Shown: positions 11,248 to 27,481 of the stretch, piece by piece
Layout of the letters: every line of letters starts with the position of its first letter
Numbering within the stretch: the first letter of the stretch is position 1
From: Hyaloraphidium curvatum SAG 235-1
Lineage: Eukaryota > Fungi > Monoblepharomycota
NCBI GenBank assembly: GCA_025558095.1
Contig: JAIVFI010000032.1
Location: 507,849-571,848, forward strand
Length of the DNA stretch: 64,000 bases
Direction: 5' to 3'
Program-made: the position numbers and the translations under genes
Notes under the pieces: generated by a model
What the model saw: the letters and a program-made list of their open reading frames with translations, nothing else
What the model was told of the DNA's origin: nothing
Database searches by the model: none

Positions 11248-13683
11248 ATGACTGACAGCCTGCGGAGCTCCACAAGAAATGTACGCCCCGCCGGTCTCCC
11301 CCATCGCGGCGCAGGCGCTGACGTGTCCCCCGCAGACCTCGCCGAGCGGGACCGCCGCGTGCGCTCCGAGCACACGGGCCAGTACATCACCTGCGGCGAG
11401 GGCAAGGGCGCCAAGTTCGCGCACTGGCTGCAGGACCCGTGGAACCCGCGCGTGGAGCGCGAGCCGATCGACGCGGACGTCGACTGCCTGGTGCTCGGCG
11501 CCGGGTTCAGCGGCATCTTTGCCTCGGCGAGGCTGAAGCAGGCCGGCGTCAAGGACTTCAAGGTGCTGGACAAGGCCAGCGGGTGGGGCGGGACCTGGTG
11601 TGGGTACCTCGCCTGTCACTGCACCGGTGTGCGCTGATCATCGGGCGCCATGATCAGACTGGAACAGGTACCCCGGCTCGGCATGCGACTCGGAGGCCTA
11701 CTGCGTGAGTTGGACATTCCCGCCCGCGCTCCGATCCCGCTGATCAACTTTCTTTCTGCAGTACCTGCCCCTTCTTGAGGAGACGGGCTACATGGTGCGC
11801 ATCCGTGGGCCTCGCCCCCTCTCTCCGGCGCTGATTTCCTCCGCCCCCCCTCAGCCCTCGCAGAAGTACATCAACGGCTGGGAGATCCGCAAGTACTGCG
11901 GCATCCTCGCCGACCACTTCGGCCTGAACGAGCACGCGGTGTGGCAGACCGAGGCCAAGGACCTCCGGTGGTCCGACACCGACGGCTTCTGGACCGTCAC
12001 CACGGACCGCGGGGACACCTTCCGCGCGCGGTTCGTGGTTGCCGCTGGCGGCCCGATCAACGTGCCGCACCTGCCGGACGTGCCCGGGATCGAGACCTTT
12101 GGCGGGCACGAGTTCCACACCGCGAGGTGGGACTATGCCTACACAGGCGGAAAGGACGACGGGGAGTACAAGATGGAGAAGCTCAAGGACAAGCGCGTGG
12201 CCATCATCGGGACGGGCGCTACCTCGATCCAGGTGCGTCGGACCCCGCCGTCGTGATCGTCCGCGCCGACCGATTGCCCCGCGCAGTGCGTTCCGTACCT
12301 CGGCGAGTGGGCCAAGGAGCTCTACGTCTTCCGTGGGTGCCTGATACGCGGGACGTCGCTTTCTTGCCGCTGACCGGCTCTTTCCAGAGCGCACCCCCTC
12401 GGCCGTCGACGTCCGCGACAACAAGCCCACCGACCCCGCGTGGTGGAAGTCGCTCCCCAAAGGCTGGCAGAACGACCGCGACGACTCTTTCCAGCTCGGC
12501 CTGCTGGGCATCCCCGGCAAGGTCCCACTGGACGACGGCTTCTCCAAGTCGTTCCAGTACCTCTCCAGCCTGGCGCGGGCCAAGGCCATGGGCGAGCCCG
12601 ACGCGGAAAAGTACTCGCTGCAGGAGTGCCTGGAGCTGGCGGACTACCAGCTCATGAACCGCATCCGCGCGCGGTGCGACGAGGTGGTCGAGGACAAGAA
12701 GACGGCCGAGGCGCTCAAGCCGTGGTACCGACTCGTGGGTCGCCCCGCTCCCTCGCACCTCGTCCGGCGCTAACAACGAAGGCCGTAGATGTGCAAGCGT
12801 CCGGTGTGTGGCGGACCCAGACCGAGGATTGGTCTGGACTGACTTGTTCTGGCTCCGCCACAGGTGTACTCGGATACTTACCTGCAGACCTTCAACAAGC
12901 CGTCGGTGCACCTGGTCGACGTGGCGGACGACAAGGGCATCGAGGGCGTGACGGAGAAGGGCATCATCGGTCCCGGCGGCAAGCTGTACGAGGTGGACTG
13001 CATCATCTGGTCGGTTCCCCTGCCGGCGAACGGTCTCCGCGCCGCTGACGCGGGGCCACAGGTCCACGGGCTTCGACATCTTCGGCCTCGGCGTGGAGAT
13101 CAAGAACACCTTCTCGATCTACGGCCGCGGCGGCGTCACCCGCGCTCAAAAGTACGAGAAGGAGGGCGTCGCGACGCTGTTCGGCATCTGCACGAGCGAG
13201 TTCCCCAACCGTGGGTTTCCCGCGCGCCCCCGGGATCCCGGGCACGGCCGACCGACCCCCGCGCCGCCCGCAGTGTTCTACTACGGCCACGCGCAGGGCG
13301 CCGTGTCGACCAACTTCACCTCGGTCTACAGGTACTACTCGGAATGGGTCGCATTCTGCATCTCGGAGATGCTCAAGCGCGGGGTCAAGGTGGCCGAGGT
13401 CACCAAGGACGCGGAGGAGGAGTGGTCGCAGGAGGTGCTGCGGGTGAGCACCGAGGACGTCAACTTCCGGCTCGAGTGCACGCCCGGCTACGTGGGTTCC
13501 GTCGGACGCGGGCCGGCGGGATCGGGCTGACGCGGGCCGCAGTACAACGCCGAGGGCGACATCGAGAAGCTCACCAAGCTCAAGCGCGGCGTCAACTACG
13601 GCGCCGGCCCGCTGGCGTACTACGAGCGGCTCAAGGAGTTCATGAACCGGGCCGACTTCCGCGAGTTCAAGATGGTCAACTAG
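11248..13683 (+). CDS. Type I Baeyer-Villiger (flavin) monooxygenase, intron-rich
   Basis: GAGFSG, GGTWYWNRYPG..CD, fingerprint FGGHEFHTARW, IIGTGATS, KPWY..CKRP, ECTPGYYN. Confidence 0.93.
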
Positions 13684-14056
13684 GGAAGGGGTCGCGAGCA
13701 GAGCAGCAACGACGTGGTGCTGCGCCCGAGGAACTGGAGCAGCGACGAGTTCGAGTCGGCGGATGAGGGCGTAGCGGCTTGTGCATACTTTGGCGATGAG
13801 ACAATAGGATTTGGATCTAAGCCTATGGCGGGGCTTGGGCCGGTTGACTTTCAAGGGTCCACGCCACTCTCCCCTTTGGAAGAGGGACCGCCACCTGCGA
13901 CCAAGTTTGCGGTCTTGCTCTCTCTACCGTCGAATCCTCTGCGCGGCAGGAGGACGCGCAGCCGGAAGACACACCGCCGGACGCCGGCGGGTTCCATCGC
14001 ACGGACCCCGCCCCCACCGGGCTGCTGCTGGGTCCAGACACACAGTTTTCCCGGCG

Positions 14057-16509
14057 ATGGGCCTCTTTGGCACGAAGGAGGAGAAGTTTGTCGAGGCGTG
14101 TTGGCTGGAATCGCCAGGGCGACTCCGGAGACTCCTCGCCGACCAGACCATTGACGTCAACGCCAGGAGCCGCACCTTCGGGCGCACCGGCTTCATCTTC
14201 GCTTGCGTTTGCGGCAAACCGGACGTGGTCGCTCTCCTGCTTGCCGATCGTAGGATCAACGTCAACGCCAAGGACAACAACGGTCGGACGGGGTTCATCG
14301 AGGCATGTGCGAACGGCAACTCGGACGTCGTTCGGTTGCTGCTCGGAGATCTCAGGGTCGACGTCAACGCGAAGAGCAATGATCATCTCTCTGCACTTAT
14401 GGTCGCTTGCGTGGCCAACCAAGCGCACGTTGTCAAGCTCCTCCTCGGTGATTCTCGCGTGGACGTCAACGATTCCGCAGAGCTCGCGAGATTGTCGAGC
14501 CTCGTCACAAAGACCCAAGCTGTTCTTCGCTGCGCGACCGCTTTTGTCATTTCGTGCTGGCTTGGACATTCGGAAACCGTTTGGGAGATGCTCAGGAGCC
14601 ATGAGGTCGACGCCAATCTTGCCGACGCGGATGGGAACACGGGGCTCATATTTGCTTGTCAACAAGGCCACGACGAGATCGTGAAGGCGTTGCTCAGTTT
14701 CTCGGAACGTGTGGACCTTTGGGCTCGAAATAAGGTCGGATTGGCTGCTGCGGACTTCGCGAGCCTGCGCGTCAGACAACTTTTGGGGGAGAAACTAGAG
14801 GGACCACGCGATCAGCAGCAAAGATTTGGTGCAGCGGCTGATGGTGGTGTGCCGTTGCCGGATGGTTGGGCAATGGTCGTGGACCGGAGCACGTGCCGCT
14901 GGTACTTTGTGGACAACCGGACCTCGCCTCCAACAAGTAAGTGCCCTGCCCTTCGGTTGTTTGTGGTCACTAATCTTCTTCTCCCGCAAGCCACGTGGAC
15001 GGATCCTCGCACGGGTACATTCGCTGCCCCGTATCCCCTCAGCAGCACAATGGAGCCACGGAATCATCCTCCTTCGGAGGGAGTCGACCCCGGGACACCA
15101 TACGCTGCTGCTGCTGTGGCTGCAGTGGCCCATGCTCCGGATGCCCCCGAGAACGACGAGCTCTTCGCACAAGCAGTTGCCATGGGTATCGAGGACCTGG
15201 ACCGCATCTCCGCCGCTGTGCGGGCATTGTCAGCTGATCCTGCGCAGCCTGCAATTACGATGGAATCTGTGCTTGACTGGTTGGACCGTGTCGACAGAGC
15301 GCCAGCAGCAGCAGACTCGTCACCGGGCTCTTCTCCGTCAGAAAACCGGGTGGCGCATTTCGAGGACAACCACGACATGGAACGGGAGCTGGAACTGCGA
15401 CTAAGACATCTTGAGCTACTTGAGCAGCAGGAGGTGGCTGGACCACTTGTTCCTGAGCAAGGCGCCTCCGAGAGCTACGACCACATTTCATCGAGTGGAG
15501 GTTCTGCCGGGACGGAGATATCGTCTTATCTTTCAAAACTCCGGATTACCTCTTCCGAGGTCTTCTACGACGAACTTCTCGTTCTTGGCGAAGGAGGATT
15601 CGGCAAGGTGTATCGAGGTGTACTCCGGGGAGCCACTGCCGTTGCTGTGAAGACCATAAAGGGAACCGTCGAGCCAAAGACCGTCAGGATGTTTCTAAGC
15701 GAGATTTCGGTTTGGGAAGGGCTCACTCAGCGAAACGGTGGGTCGTTGAACCTCGCTTCCTGCGCCAGACTGCCAGACTTTGCCAAAATCAGTCCTTCCA
15801 CTCCTCGCCTTCTGCGAGTCACCGCCAATGATGATATCTGAACTCTGCGAGCAGGGCAACATGCGTAAACGCCTTGACGAGCTGGATTGGGATCAGTCGG
15901 TGGGCCTTCGGTACCTGAGAGGGGCGGCCGACGGGATGGCGTACCTCCACTCTTTCCGCGTACTCCATGGCGACCTCAAGTCTCTAAACATCATGATTGG
16001 TATGCTCTCGCGCCTTTTCTTTCCATCATATCCTTTGACCAAAGCCTACCTGGTGCAGACCATGACATTCCCAAGATTGCTGATTTTGGTCTCTCCCGTG
16101 TGCGCACACACCTCTCGATCTCGTCAACTGCAAACGGTGGCGGCTCTTCGGGTACGCCTGCGTTCATGGCGCCCGAGCTTTGGGACGGTGAAAGGCTACG
16201 GGCCCCCGGGGACGTCTACTCGTTCGCCATGGTGTGCTACGAGGTGACGAGCGAGGGAATGTATCCCTTCCAGGGGATGATCGCAATGGCGGTGGGTCTG
16301 CGTGCCTCAAACAACGGGTTAAGACAACGAAACTGATCTTGTTGCGCCTGCAGATCATGAGGAAGGTTTGCGACGAGCAGAAGAGGCCTTCAAGGCCCGA
16401 CGCAGCCAGCGATGCGATCTGGGCGCTGATGCAGAGGATGTGGGCGCATCGGCCAGAAGACAGGCCGACGTTCGTGGAGATTGCGGCGGAAATGGCGCGG
16501 TGGCGTTAG
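14057..16509 (+). CDS. Ankyrin-WW-UBA-like-TKL protein kinase
   Basis: Ankyrin repeats (DVNAKDNNGRTG), WW (LPDGW...YFVD...TWTDPR), UBA-like (AMGI...ESVLDWL), kinase (GEGGFGKV, VAVK, HGDLKSLN, ADFGLS, GTPAFMAPE, RPTF). Confidence 0.88.
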
Positions 16510-16679
16510 CTCTGAGGCCAGGTGTTTCGACTTCCGACCAGTCTGTCAAACGCTGCCTGGTGACGAAGCCGGTGACAAAAGTACGAAAGAGGACGCAGGA
16601 CATAAGGTCAAGGTCGCCGCAGTGCGAAATAGTTCACCGGTATCTACAGCTGTGCACCCCATGCCCCGCAGCACGCCCC

Positions 16680-18065
16680 TCACTCCATCTTGGGCTCGCA
16701 CATCTCCTCGGGCCGCACCCACTTGTCGAACTCCTCCGAGGTCAGGTAGCCCAGCGCCAGGGCCGACTCCTTGAGCGTGGTGTGCTCCTTGTGCGCCTGT
16801 TTCGCGATCTGCGCGGCCTTGTCGTAGCCTGCGTCGGGAGAGGTCGGCGATCGGCGTTGCATTAGGCTGCGGCGAACTCACCGATGTGGCGATTGAGCGC
16901 CGTGACGAGCATGAGGGAGTTGTTCAGGTACTCCTTGATTTCTGAATCGCGGTTCCGTTAGCGAGCTGTGGGACACGGCGGTCGTAAGTGACGTACTCGG
17001 CTCGTTGGCCTGGATCCCCTCGACACAGTTTCTGCAGACCGCGGATTGAGTTCGGCAACGCCCACGAGCTCCTGCAAGAACCCACTTTGCGAACGATTTG
17101 GAGGCGTCCCCGAGCAAGCGGATGGAATGGAGCACGTTCCGGATGATGAGCGGCTTGAACACGTTGAGCTTCCGAGGCCGCAGGTCACAACCTGCCCATC
17201 TTCCCGGCATCCACTCCACCGCTCACCTCAAAGTGCCCGTTCGCTCCGCCCACCGTCACCGCCACCTGGTTCCCCATGACCTGGCCGCACACCATCGTCA
17301 GCGCCTCGCACTGCGTGGGGTTCACTTTCCCGGGCATAATCGACGATCCGGGCTCGTTTTCCGGCAGGAACAGCTCTCCCAGGCCGCAACGCGGGCCGGA
17401 TCCGAGTAGCCGCACGTCCGAGGCGATCTTGAAGAGGGAGCAAGCGAGCACGTTGAGCTGCCCGTGGAGGTCGACGAGGGCGTCGTGGCCCGCGAGGGCC
17501 TCGAATTTGTTGGGCGCCGTCCTGCCGTGCCGTGAGCGGGCCAGCTTCTGCGCGGTGCTGGGTGCCAAGACACCCACACAAAGGGGTAGCCCGTCGACTT
17601 GGCGATCTCGGCGGCGACCGCAACGTCGAACCCCGGGAAAGTGTTGAGTCCGGTTCCGACGGCCGTGCCCCCAAGCGCAAGCTGGTACACCCCGTCGAGG
17701 GCGCCTTCCACCCGCTTGATCCCGTTCTCCACCATCTTTGCGTAACCCGAGAACTCCTGGGACAGCCGTAGCGGGACGGCGTCCTGCAGGTGGGTACGCC
17801 CGATCTTGACGATGTGCGAGAAGCGCTGGCAGCACTTTTCGAGCTCCGAGAGGAGGTAGCGGAGGGACGGGAGGAGGCGCTGGTGGACCTCGACGACGGC
17901 AGCGATGTGCATTGCGCCGGGAAAAGTGTCGTTCGAAGATTGGCTGCGGGGAAAGTGAGGAACGCCACCCAACGCCGAATGGGGGCCCACCTCATGTTCA
18001 CGTGGTCGTTCGGGTGTATCTTCGACTTCTCCTCCCCGAGCTTCCCGCCCATCATCTGGAACGCC

Positions 18066-18098
<33 letters not shown>

Positions 18099-18862
18099 CT
18101 CTGGGTCCCCGAGCCCGTCTGCCAGACGACGAGCGGGAAGTGCTCCATGAGCCGCCCCTCGATGACCTCCTCCGCCGCGTGCTGGATGAGCTCCGAGATC
18201 TTGGGGTTGAGGCCGAACTTGACGTTGACGATGGCCGCGGCCCGCTTGATGATGCCAAAGGCGCGGATCACGGGGCGAGGCTGTCGGAAAGAGGCGGGAT
18301 CAGGAGACGTCGGGGACCTGTAGGACGTCGAAACCCGCCATGTGATCGTCGGGCGTGTTGATTTCAAAGTTTTGGAGCGACCTGAGGGGGTAGACCGGGG
18401 GTAAGGAGGTGTCACGGCTGGCGGGGCGGTGAAGGTGTCGCTGACCTCTGAGTCTGGGCACCTGCGGCACCGAGACACGGAATCGATGAGCATCGACTTC
18501 GCTACGATCGCCAACTCTTCGAAACCCACCCCAAAGCTTGTCCGAAGGCACGAGAATCTCCCCCATCGTGTCCCGCTCCGTCCTGAAGCTCGACGTGTGC
18601 GGGTGGAGTTCCTGGTCCATCTCGACTGGCGGAACACAATCTCCGTCGGTTTCCCCACATCTCGGCGACCGCAAAGCCGGGATTCACCGGTATTGCGCCT
18701 CAGGAACTTGCGCAGCTCTGGCTCGCCCTCGGAAACCTTCCGCGGCGACTCCGACATTGGCGACGTCACCAGGCCGTCCTTCGACCCGCCGAGCGACGAC
18801 GAGAGCTTAATCTCGACGGGCGCGGTGCCATTGACGGGCTGAGGAAGCGGTTGGTCTGGCAT
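16680..18862 (-). CDS. FUM1: Fumarate hydratase class II
   Basis: [57 protein letters not shown]; multi-exon. Confidence 0.96.
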
Positions 18863-19036
18863 CGCGGCGGAAGTTGTCCGTGGCGTCGACGTGACGTTGG
18901 GCCCCGCGCGTTCGATCGTCGTCCCTGCGCTGCTGCTTCCTCCGAATCACCGGCTATTCGATCGACTACCACCGCACGGTATCCTCATTTTTCTCAATCT
19001 ACAGTCTAGTGTCCCATAGATATCCCGTGTCGCCGC

Positions 19037-22887
<3,851 letters not shown>

Positions 22888-23250
22888 CTACTTCTACCCA
22901 TCTGCCACAGCCCGCGGGGCTCGTCATAGATTCCGTGGGCCAAGCTAACCGGCTCCCATCCCGATCGCTATCCCCGCCGAAGTAAAGCGCGGAAGGCTCG
23001 ATCGGGCCACTCGTGCATCTCTTTGCTTGTTCCATTTTGGACCTGCCATGTGACCGGTCGACTCGAGCAGCCGAGTTCTGGCGACGTCCGTGGCGGCGGC
23101 ATGCGGCGGTGCGGCAAACCAGCAAACGGTCCCCCGAATCCCAACCGCCGCGGACCCCCCTGCCGCGCGGGGAGCAGCCGGCGGGGCGGGGCACGTTGCA
23201 CGCTGTCTGCGCGGCTCAGCTCCCGGGCCCGGCCGGGCCGCCCCGCCGCG

Positions 23251-24606
23251 ATGCGAGGCTGCAAAGGGCCCTTCCGGGTTCTCGCCGCGCTCGCCGTGCT
23301 CGCCCTGGTATCAACCGCAGCCGGAGCCGATGATTCCAGCGGCGAGCCGTGGGACTGGGAAGCTTCCTCCGGCTTCCAATTGGCGCCGAACGCCGCCCCG
23401 GACGTCCTTGCCGACCAGCCGACGGGCGACGCCTTCCCCCTCCCGCGCAAGCAGTTCCCCGCCGCCTCCTCCTCGCTCCTCCTCCTCGGCCACTGGTCAC
23501 TTATGGAGGGCACCGCACGGACGGACTTCCAGCGCGGCAGGCTGCTCCTCCGCGTCTCGGGCACCACGTCAGTCACGGTGCACTGCCTGCGCCCCGGGTC
23601 CGAGCTCGGCGACGCGCCGGTGGACGCCTTCTTCCGGGTGCTCCCCGGGAGCGGCACGTGGAGGCAGGGAAGCGTGGCGTGCGCGCAGTCGGGGGCGTCG
23701 ATGGGTGCTCCCGGCGCTCTCCTCGTCGCCGGTCTCGACCCCGCGGGAACGCACGACGTCGAGGCCGATTTCGGGTTCCAGACGGTGCAGTGGAACGCCA
23801 CCGACCCACGCCCCTTCGTGATCGAGAGCGTCGGCCTGGATCCCGGCGACCAAAGTACCCTCCTGCCGGGTCCACGGAAGCCGGTGATCGAGTTTGTCGG
23901 CGACAGCATCACCCGCGCCTCGGGCATCTCCGCCGCGCACCCGGACCGGCGGACGTCGTACGCGGCCGAGGCGGCGAGGCTGCTGGCCGCGGACCACTCG
24001 GTCGTCGCGCTGGCGGGCACCGGCCTCCTCACCACCCCCTCTATGGCCGCTTCGTATCTCGCCGAGTCGTTCCACCCGGGCTCGCCCCCCTTCGATTTCG
24101 CCGCGCGCACATACGCCCCCCGCATCGTCGTCGTGGCACTCGGCACAAACGACCGCCAGCTGGACCGCAACGGCACCCTCTTTCTCGCCGCGTACCGCGC
24201 CTTCGTCTCCTCATTGATCGCGCGGCACGCCAAGGATACGGTGTACGTCGCGCTGACCCCCTTCGGCCGGTACCTGCGCTCCCAGCGCCGCGTGGAAAGG
24301 CTGTATATCCCCGCTTTGTGGCAGAAGATCGCCGCGGGCCACGGGGCGAGGGTGCTTGTGCTCGACACCGTCGGTTGGCTCGACGGCAAGAACGCGGCCG
24401 TCTACCTGGAGGACCACGTGCATCCGTCGGCCGAGGGTCATCTGTATCTGGGGGAGAAGGTGGCGGAGGGGCTGAGGAGGATCGGGGCGGTGGATTGGCT
24501 TCCTGCGGTGCCGACGAGGCCGGCGGTGCAGGCGAGGAGGACGACGCGCCGGGGCCGGGCGACGACGGGTCGGCGGCGGGTCACGACGACCAAGAGGCGG
24601 ACATAG
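23251..24606 (+). CDS. Secreted SGNH/GDSL hydrolase (CE2-like esterase)
   Basis: Signal peptide; IEFVGDSIT, ALAGTG, ALGTND, DHVHP blocks; intronless. Confidence 0.85.
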   Translation: MRGCKGPFRVLAALAVLALVSTAAGADDSSGEPWDWEASSGFQLAPNAAPDVLADQPTGDAFPLPRKQFPAASSSLLLLGHWSLMEGTARTDFQRGRLLLRVSGTTSVTVHCLRPGSELGDAPVDAFFRVLPGSGTWRQGSVACAQSGASMGAPGALLVAGLDPAGTHDVEADFGFQTVQWNATDPRPFVIESVGLDPGDQSTLLPGPRKPVIEFVGDSITRASGISAAHPDRRTSYAAEAARLLAADHSVVALAGTGLLTTPSMAASYLAESFHPGSPPFDFAARTYAPRIVVVALGTNDRQLDRNGTLFLAAYRAFVSSLIARHAKDTVYVALTPFGRYLRSQRRVERLYIPALWQKIAAGHGARVLVLDTVGWLDGKNAAVYLEDHVHPSAEGHLYLGEKVAEGLRRIGAVDWLPAVPTRPAVQARRTTRRGRATTGRRRVTTTKRRT

Positions 24607-24791
24607 TGTAGCCTTGCCGGATGGTGATTGGTAGCCCAGATCTGACCTGATGGAGCCCGTGCCGGAAAGCCGTCCGCGCGTCCTCTGTTTACGCGCCGCC
24701 GGGAAGTCCCCCATCGCACGACAGCGCCCGCACCGCGCTGCCGACCCATCGCACCAATAGCCCGAGATCGATCGAATCGGCTGATCGGGCC

Positions 24792-26114
24792 ATGGAGGAG
24801 TACCGCCCCCTCGGCCCCCTCCCTCCGGGCCGCCCGGCGCAGACGGTTATTGTTGTCGGCGCCGGCCCCGCCGGCCTCGCCTGCGCGCTCGAGCTCTCGA
24901 TCGCCGGGCACGACGTGACCGTATTGGAAGCCCGTGATGTCCCCGGCGGCCGCGTCCGGACGATCCGGCCGGCGCGCCACGGGGTCGCCGAGGTCGGCGC
25001 GACGTTCCTGCCGGACAACCATCCGCTGACGATGCGGTTCGCCGCCGAGTCGGGGCTGCCGCTGGTGGCGTACCCCGACCCCGTGCCGAACCCCGTGCCG
25101 GCTGCGGGACGCGTCCCGCCGAGGGCGCCGGCAGCGATGGCGGCGGTGGCGGAGCGGCTGGGCGGGTTCCCTCCGCCCATCGGGGACCCGGGCGCCTGGG
25201 CCCCGCTGGACGCCGTCTCCCTCGCCGACCTGCTGCGCTCCGAGGGGCTGTCGGAGGATGACATCGAGGCCGCCAGCCTTACGCTGCTGGGCAACCTGGG
25301 TGACGGCATCGGCACCGTCTCGGCGCTCGCCGCCGCGCGGCAGCTCGCCCTGCAGCGCGGCCGCAAGGGGAGCTTCGCCGTCGTCGGCGGGAACGACCTG
25401 CTCCCCGCAAAGCTCGCCGACAGGCTGGGGCATCGGGTGCGGTACAATGCCGAGGTGACCGCCGTGCGGCAGGACGCCTCGGGGGTCACCGTGACCTACC
25501 ACGGGCCGGACGGCACCATATCCTCGCTCCCCGCGGACCGCGCCGTCCTCGCGATCCCCACCCCCGCCCTATCCCGCGTCTCCGCTTCTCCCCCGTTCTC
25601 CGGCGCCAAGTTGGCCGCCATCAGTCGCCAGCGCTGGACCTCGGTCGCGAGGGTGTTCCTCCTCGCCGAGCGGCGGTTCTGGGACCCCGCGCGGTTCGGG
25701 CTGCTCGCGTCGACCGCGGACCCGGCGGTGCGGTGGGTCGCCGGGCCGCCCGCCGCGGAGGGGGAAGGCGACGTGCTGGTCGCGTACGTCATGGGCCCCA
25801 CGGCGAGGGCGCTGGCCTCCATGGACGACGGAGGAAGGGCTGCCTGGGCGCGCGCCGAGGCCGCCAAGGTGTTCCCGCACTGGCCCGAAGCCGCGACCGC
25901 GGAGTGCCTTTCCTATTCCTGGGACGCGGACCCGTTCGCGGGCGGGGGATACCCCTGGCCCGCGCCGGGCGACGACGCGCTGCCGGCTGCGCTGGCGGAA
26001 AAAGGGGGGAGGGTGCACTTCGCGGGCGAGCACACGACGCAGCATTACGGGTGGATACAGGGGGCGATCGAGAGCGGGTTGCGCGCGGCGAGGGAGGTCC
26101 ATGAGGGGGTGTGA
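24792..26114 (+). CDS. Flavin-containing amine oxidase (MAO/LAAO family), intronless
   Basis: GAGPAGL, LEARDVPGGRV, EVGAT, WDADPFAGGGY, HFAGEHT...IQGAIESGLRAA. Confidence 0.92.
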   Translation: MEEYRPLGPLPPGRPAQTVIVVGAGPAGLACALELSIAGHDVTVLEARDVPGGRVRTIRPARHGVAEVGATFLPDNHPLTMRFAAESGLPLVAYPDPVPNPVPAAGRVPPRAPAAMAAVAERLGGFPPPIGDPGAWAPLDAVSLADLLRSEGLSEDDIEAASLTLLGNLGDGIGTVSALAAARQLALQRGRKGSFAVVGGNDLLPAKLADRLGHRVRYNAEVTAVRQDASGVTVTYHGPDGTISSLPADRAVLAIPTPALSRVSASPPFSGAKLAAISRQRWTSVARVFLLAERRFWDPARFGLLASTADPAVRWVAGPPAAEGEGDVLVAYVMGPTARALASMDDGGRAAWARAEAAKVFPHWPEAATAECLSYSWDADPFAGGGYPWPAPGDDALPAALAEKGGRVHFAGEHTTQHYGWIQGAIESGLRAAREVHEGV

Positions 26115-26225
26115 ATGGCCACCTGTCGCATCTCTCCGGTTGTCACAGGGTGCCCAGGATCGTGTCCACCAGCTTCTGCGGCATGCTCAGCGCCACCGAA
26201 AGCCCCCCGGCACCTTAATTCGGTC

Positions 26226-26645
26226 TTCAGAAACTATGTCGAGGGAATCCAGGCCAACGAGCCCAGTACGTGGCTTTCGGCCGCCGTTGGACAGCTCGCT
26301 GACGAATCCACGATCTAGAAATCAAGGAGTACCTCAACAACTCCCTCATGCTCGTCACGGCCCTCAACCGCCGCATCGGTGAGTTCGCCGCTGCCTACTC
26401 CAAAGCCGATCGCCGACCTCAGCCGACGCAGGCTACGACAAGGCGGCGCAGATCGCGAAAAAGGCGCACAAGGAGCACACCACGCTCAAGGAGTCGGCCC
26501 TGGCGCTGGGCTACCTGACCTCGGAGGAGTTCGACAAGTGGGTGCGGCCCGAGGAGATGTGTGAGCCCAAGATGGAGTGAGGGGCGTGCTGCGGGGCATG
26601 GGGTGCAGAGCTGTAGATCCCGGTGAACTATTTCGCGCTGCGACG
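26226..26645 (+). pseudogene. Inverted partial copy of the fumarase 3' end (last three exons, introns and 3' UTR)
   Basis: Reverse-complement match to about 16615-17040 (VEGIQANEP | [16 protein letters not shown] | [10 protein letters not shown]...EEMCEPKME*); no 5' part of the gene. Confidence 0.9.
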
Positions 26646-26831
26646 ACGGTGATATTCGTGTGCTGCGTCCTTCGAGAAAGCAGTAGGGGCCGCCAACCGT
26701 GCGGAAGAGTCTTGGTAGCAAATCTCCAGGAGTTGATTTGTCGGGGGGCGCCGGCATCGACTCACCGGCCCGTCCGGAGCGCAGAGGCTTCACATCCCTC
26801 AACCAGCGCCCCCGCACCGCACCTTCCGACC

Positions 26832-27304
26832 ATGGGCTACTCGACCGAGCTCATCGGCTCCTTCTCCATCTCCCGCTCCTCTCGGCCGCGCACCGCGCCT
26901 ACCTCACCGCCTTCACCGAATCCCGCCGCGTGCGCAGCGATGCCGACCGCGCCGCCGCCCTGCCGGACCCCGTGCGCGAGGCCGTCGGCCTGGAATTCGG
27001 GCAGCAGGGGTGCTACTACGTCGGCCGCACGGAAGGGGACGACGTCGTGGACCACAACGGCCCGCCCGAGGGGCAGCCCGGGCTGTGGTGTGACTGGGTT
27101 TCGTCGGAGGACGGCATGAAGCTCCAGTGGAACGGCGGCGAGAAGTTCTATTACTATGACGACTGGCTTAAGTACGTCGTGGAGCGGTTCCTCAAGCGGT
27201 GGGGCTACGTCGCCAGCGGAACGGTGACGTGGCAGGGGGACGACCCGCGCGACAAGGGGAAGCTGGTGCTCAAGGACAACAAGCTGACCGTGCTTCGGCG
27301 TTGA
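26832..27304 (+). CDS. Bacterial/phage-type conserved hypothetical protein with one frameshift
   Basis: MGYSTELIGSF, then a frame change at about 26873, then PDPVREAVGL, PPEGQPGLWCDW, WNGGEKFY, WLKYVV.RFL..WGY, WQGDD..D.G; intronless. Confidence 0.7.
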
Positions 27305-27481
27305 ACGACGGATGGTTTCAGACGGCTATGCGGGTCATCTGGCGCGCAACGAGGGGCTTTGGGGCTGTTGAATCGTCGGTCGGATGGGACGAAGCAAGAC
27401 GGAGCAGGACCTGATCGATCATCGTAGCTAGGATCAGTGCGCTTGTCACAGGATGATCAAGGAGCTCGCCGACCATGTGCC

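Noticed and set aside
26865-26880. Programmed ribosomal frameshift
   Set aside because: No slippery heptamer; a simple indel is more parsimonious.
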